A stretch of DNA of 64,000 nucleotides, from IMG/VR virus record IMGVR_UViG_3300028591_000070, positions 288,001 through 352,000 of that record; one strand, given 5' to 3'. Below, in pieces: positions 62,413-64,000 of the stretch (its first letter is position 1; the number at the start of each line of letters is the position of its first letter). The notes under the pieces were generated by a model, which was not told where the DNA came from, searched no databases, and was given only the letters and a program-made list of their open reading frames with translations. The DNA comes from a virus (lineage: Duplodnaviria; Caudoviricetes). The position numbers and the translations under genes are program-made.

Positions 62413-63387
62413 TTAGAAATCGAAATAATCTATCATTTCTTCAACAAAATTATAAACGTCATAATCACTATCTGGGATTGCATCTATAATAGTTTGTATT
62501 TTATCCTTTGGAACGTTCTTAAATCCACCATATTTATCATGTAAAATATCAAGCTTTGTCATATAAGAATTAAGACCTAATTTGCATCCTTTTTTATAAA
62601 AATCTTCCCAACAATGATAAGACTCTCTTAAGATTGAATCAAACATTTCTTTAGACTCTCTAGAATGTTTATGAACTATAACAGCCTGTGGCTTTTCATT
62701 ATGGTATTTTTCTTCTTCAGCTCTAAATACAAGATACATTGATTTATTATCATTTCCATACTTAAAGCTTTTTGAAAGTAAAACCATATCTTTACAAACA
62801 AGATAGTCCATCTTATATTTGTCATTAAAGTCTACCATACCCGCCTTAAATGCTTGTATAACTTTTTGTTTCAAAACTTGGCGGTCTTCCATAATAACAT
62901 TAAAGTTTGAATTAAAATAAACCCATCCTCTAATTCTTCTTTCTTTTACCGACTCATTTGGAGCTGGATCCTTATCAATGGAAATTTCAGTTCTAGCCAT
63001 ATCAATAGCCATTTTTTGTCTTCCACCAACATTACAAGTAAGGCCTTCCAAATTAGACTTTATTTCATCTAAAAGATATTCACCAAAGAAATCTAAATTA
63101 GAAGCACCAACATGTTCATTATTCCAGTCGGAACCCCAAACGCGACGTCTTGCATTTTTTTCTCCAGCAGCTTCTGTTAAATCTTCCAAGTCATAATTCT
63201 GAATGTCATCATTGAGCCTGCAATCTTCAAAGCATTCCCAATAATAATTCCAATCTTTTTGATCTACATCAAAACCATCATCTTTACAAATTCCTTGAAA
63301 ATATCTAAAATCATCAGAGCTAAATGGGTGACCACATTCCCAATGCTCTCTTGCCATATCTCTTAAATATTCTTTCTTATCTTCCAT
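62413..63387 (-). CDS. modular hypothetical protein
   Basis: internal LTE and ESKEMFDSILRES; ACTAAT upstream. Confidence 0.6.
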   Translation of the reverse strand: MEDKKEYLRDMAREHWECGHPFSSDDFRYFQGICKDDGFDVDQKDWNYYWECFEDCRLNDDIQNYDLEDLTEAAGEKNARRRVWGSDWNNEHVGASNLDFFGEYLLDEIKSNLEGLTCNVGGRQKMAIDMARTEISIDKDPAPNESVKERRIRGWVYFNSNFNVIMEDRQVLKQKVIQAFKAGMVDFNDKYKMDYLVCKDMVLLSKSFKYGNDNKSMYLVFRAEEEKYHNEKPQAVIVHKHSRESKEMFDSILRESYHCWEDFYKKGCKLGLNSYMTKLDILHDKYGGFKNVPKDKIQTIIDAIPDSDYDVYNFVEEMIDYFDF

Positions 63388-63407
63388 AATAATTTTCCTT
63401 TATTAAA

Positions 63408-64000
63408 TTAGTTTTGATTTATAATATTGTCATAAACATTTGCACTATTTACAACTTTAGATGCAAGTTTATCACAAATCTGTTTTTGTTCTGTATTTAC
63501 AAAATAAATGGCTGCCCAAATATGCTTACAAGCTTGAGGACCTTTTACATTATGTAAATCATTCCAATAACCTGTTCCATGTTGTCCTCTAAATCCAAAA
63601 TATGAGTCACCTTGTTTAGCATCTTTTTCAGCCATACCTTGCCAATAAAAAGCTGGGCAGTCACAATAAACTTTAGCATCGCAATTCTGAATAACACTAT
63701 TAAACTGCTGAGCTATAGCATCTTTATTTATATTTGTAGGTGATAGATAATTATCTGTTTTAGTAAATTGAATAGTAACAGAATAACCTCTTTTTAAGAA
63801 GACTTGTGTTTTTCCGGTTAAGTCAACATGAGTGTTATCACCAGTTGAGTTTACTTCAAACTGAATTGTTATTGAGTCTTTTCCAAAAGAAGCATCAATG
63901 AGTTTGGCTTCATTTAATCCATATTCAGAGATTGATTTGTCTGTGATTTTAGATGTATCAAATTGAGAAAGCTTATGTTCTTTTAAAGATTCATTTACTT
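63408..64000 (-). CDS. SWIM-type zinc-finger protein (5'-partial)
   Basis: frame is open to the window edge; KVYCDCPAFYWQG...ACKH. Confidence 0.75.
   Translation of the reverse strand, partial: VNESLKEHKLSQFDTSKITDKSISEYGLNEAKLIDASFGKDSITIQFEVNSTGDNTHVDLTGKTQVFLKRGYSVTIQFTKTDNYLSPTNINKDAIAQQFNSVIQNCDAKVYCDCPAFYWQGMAEKDAKQGDSYFGFRGQHGTGYWNDLHNVKGPQACKHIWAAIYFVNTEQKQICDKLASKVVNSANVYDNIINQN

Noticed and set aside
1-64000. tRNA, rRNA, integrase or transposase genes
   Set aside because: No cloverleaf-like or rRNA-like segments or recombinase/transposase motifs recognised by eye; a tRNAscan/Rfam run would be needed to exclude them formally.

Overview
AT-rich, gene-dense segment of a large myovirus-type (probably jumbo) phage genome, read in the standard genetic code. 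The host is most likely a spirochete (Treponema-like), because the window carries a Treponema-type flagellin flaB (one-base frameshift) and a flaA-like sheath gene. Virion and replication genes: gp6-like baseplate wedge, prohead protease-scaffold fusion, several probable internal head proteins, ThyX, SbcC/gp46-like ATPase, a sigma70-family factor. Auxiliary genes: an NAD+ salvage cluster (pncA, prs-like, NAMPT-like, nadE, NADAR) followed by a vWA / PurA-like module, PspA, beta-CASP RNase, HD and HAD hydrolases, a UDP-glucose-dehydrogenase-like gene and lysis candidates. Most notable observations: (1) a tandem array of 12 divergent small paralogues sharing Y..L-x3-EW-x2-L; (2) four consecutive proteins all ending in V-[IV]-T-W; (3) an ATPase half-gene beginning with an intein that lacks block A (candidate atypically split intein); (4) a two-copy structured leader ahead of NAD genes (riboswitch candidate); (5) phage-borne flaA plus flaB; (6) a nested out-of-frame envelope gene pair sharing one RBS; (7) three promoter classes with many leaderless starts; (8) a palindromic intergenic element present twice, about 51 kb apart. 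All family calls come from motif recognition by eye; no database search was run. No tRNA, rRNA or CRISPR array was seen.
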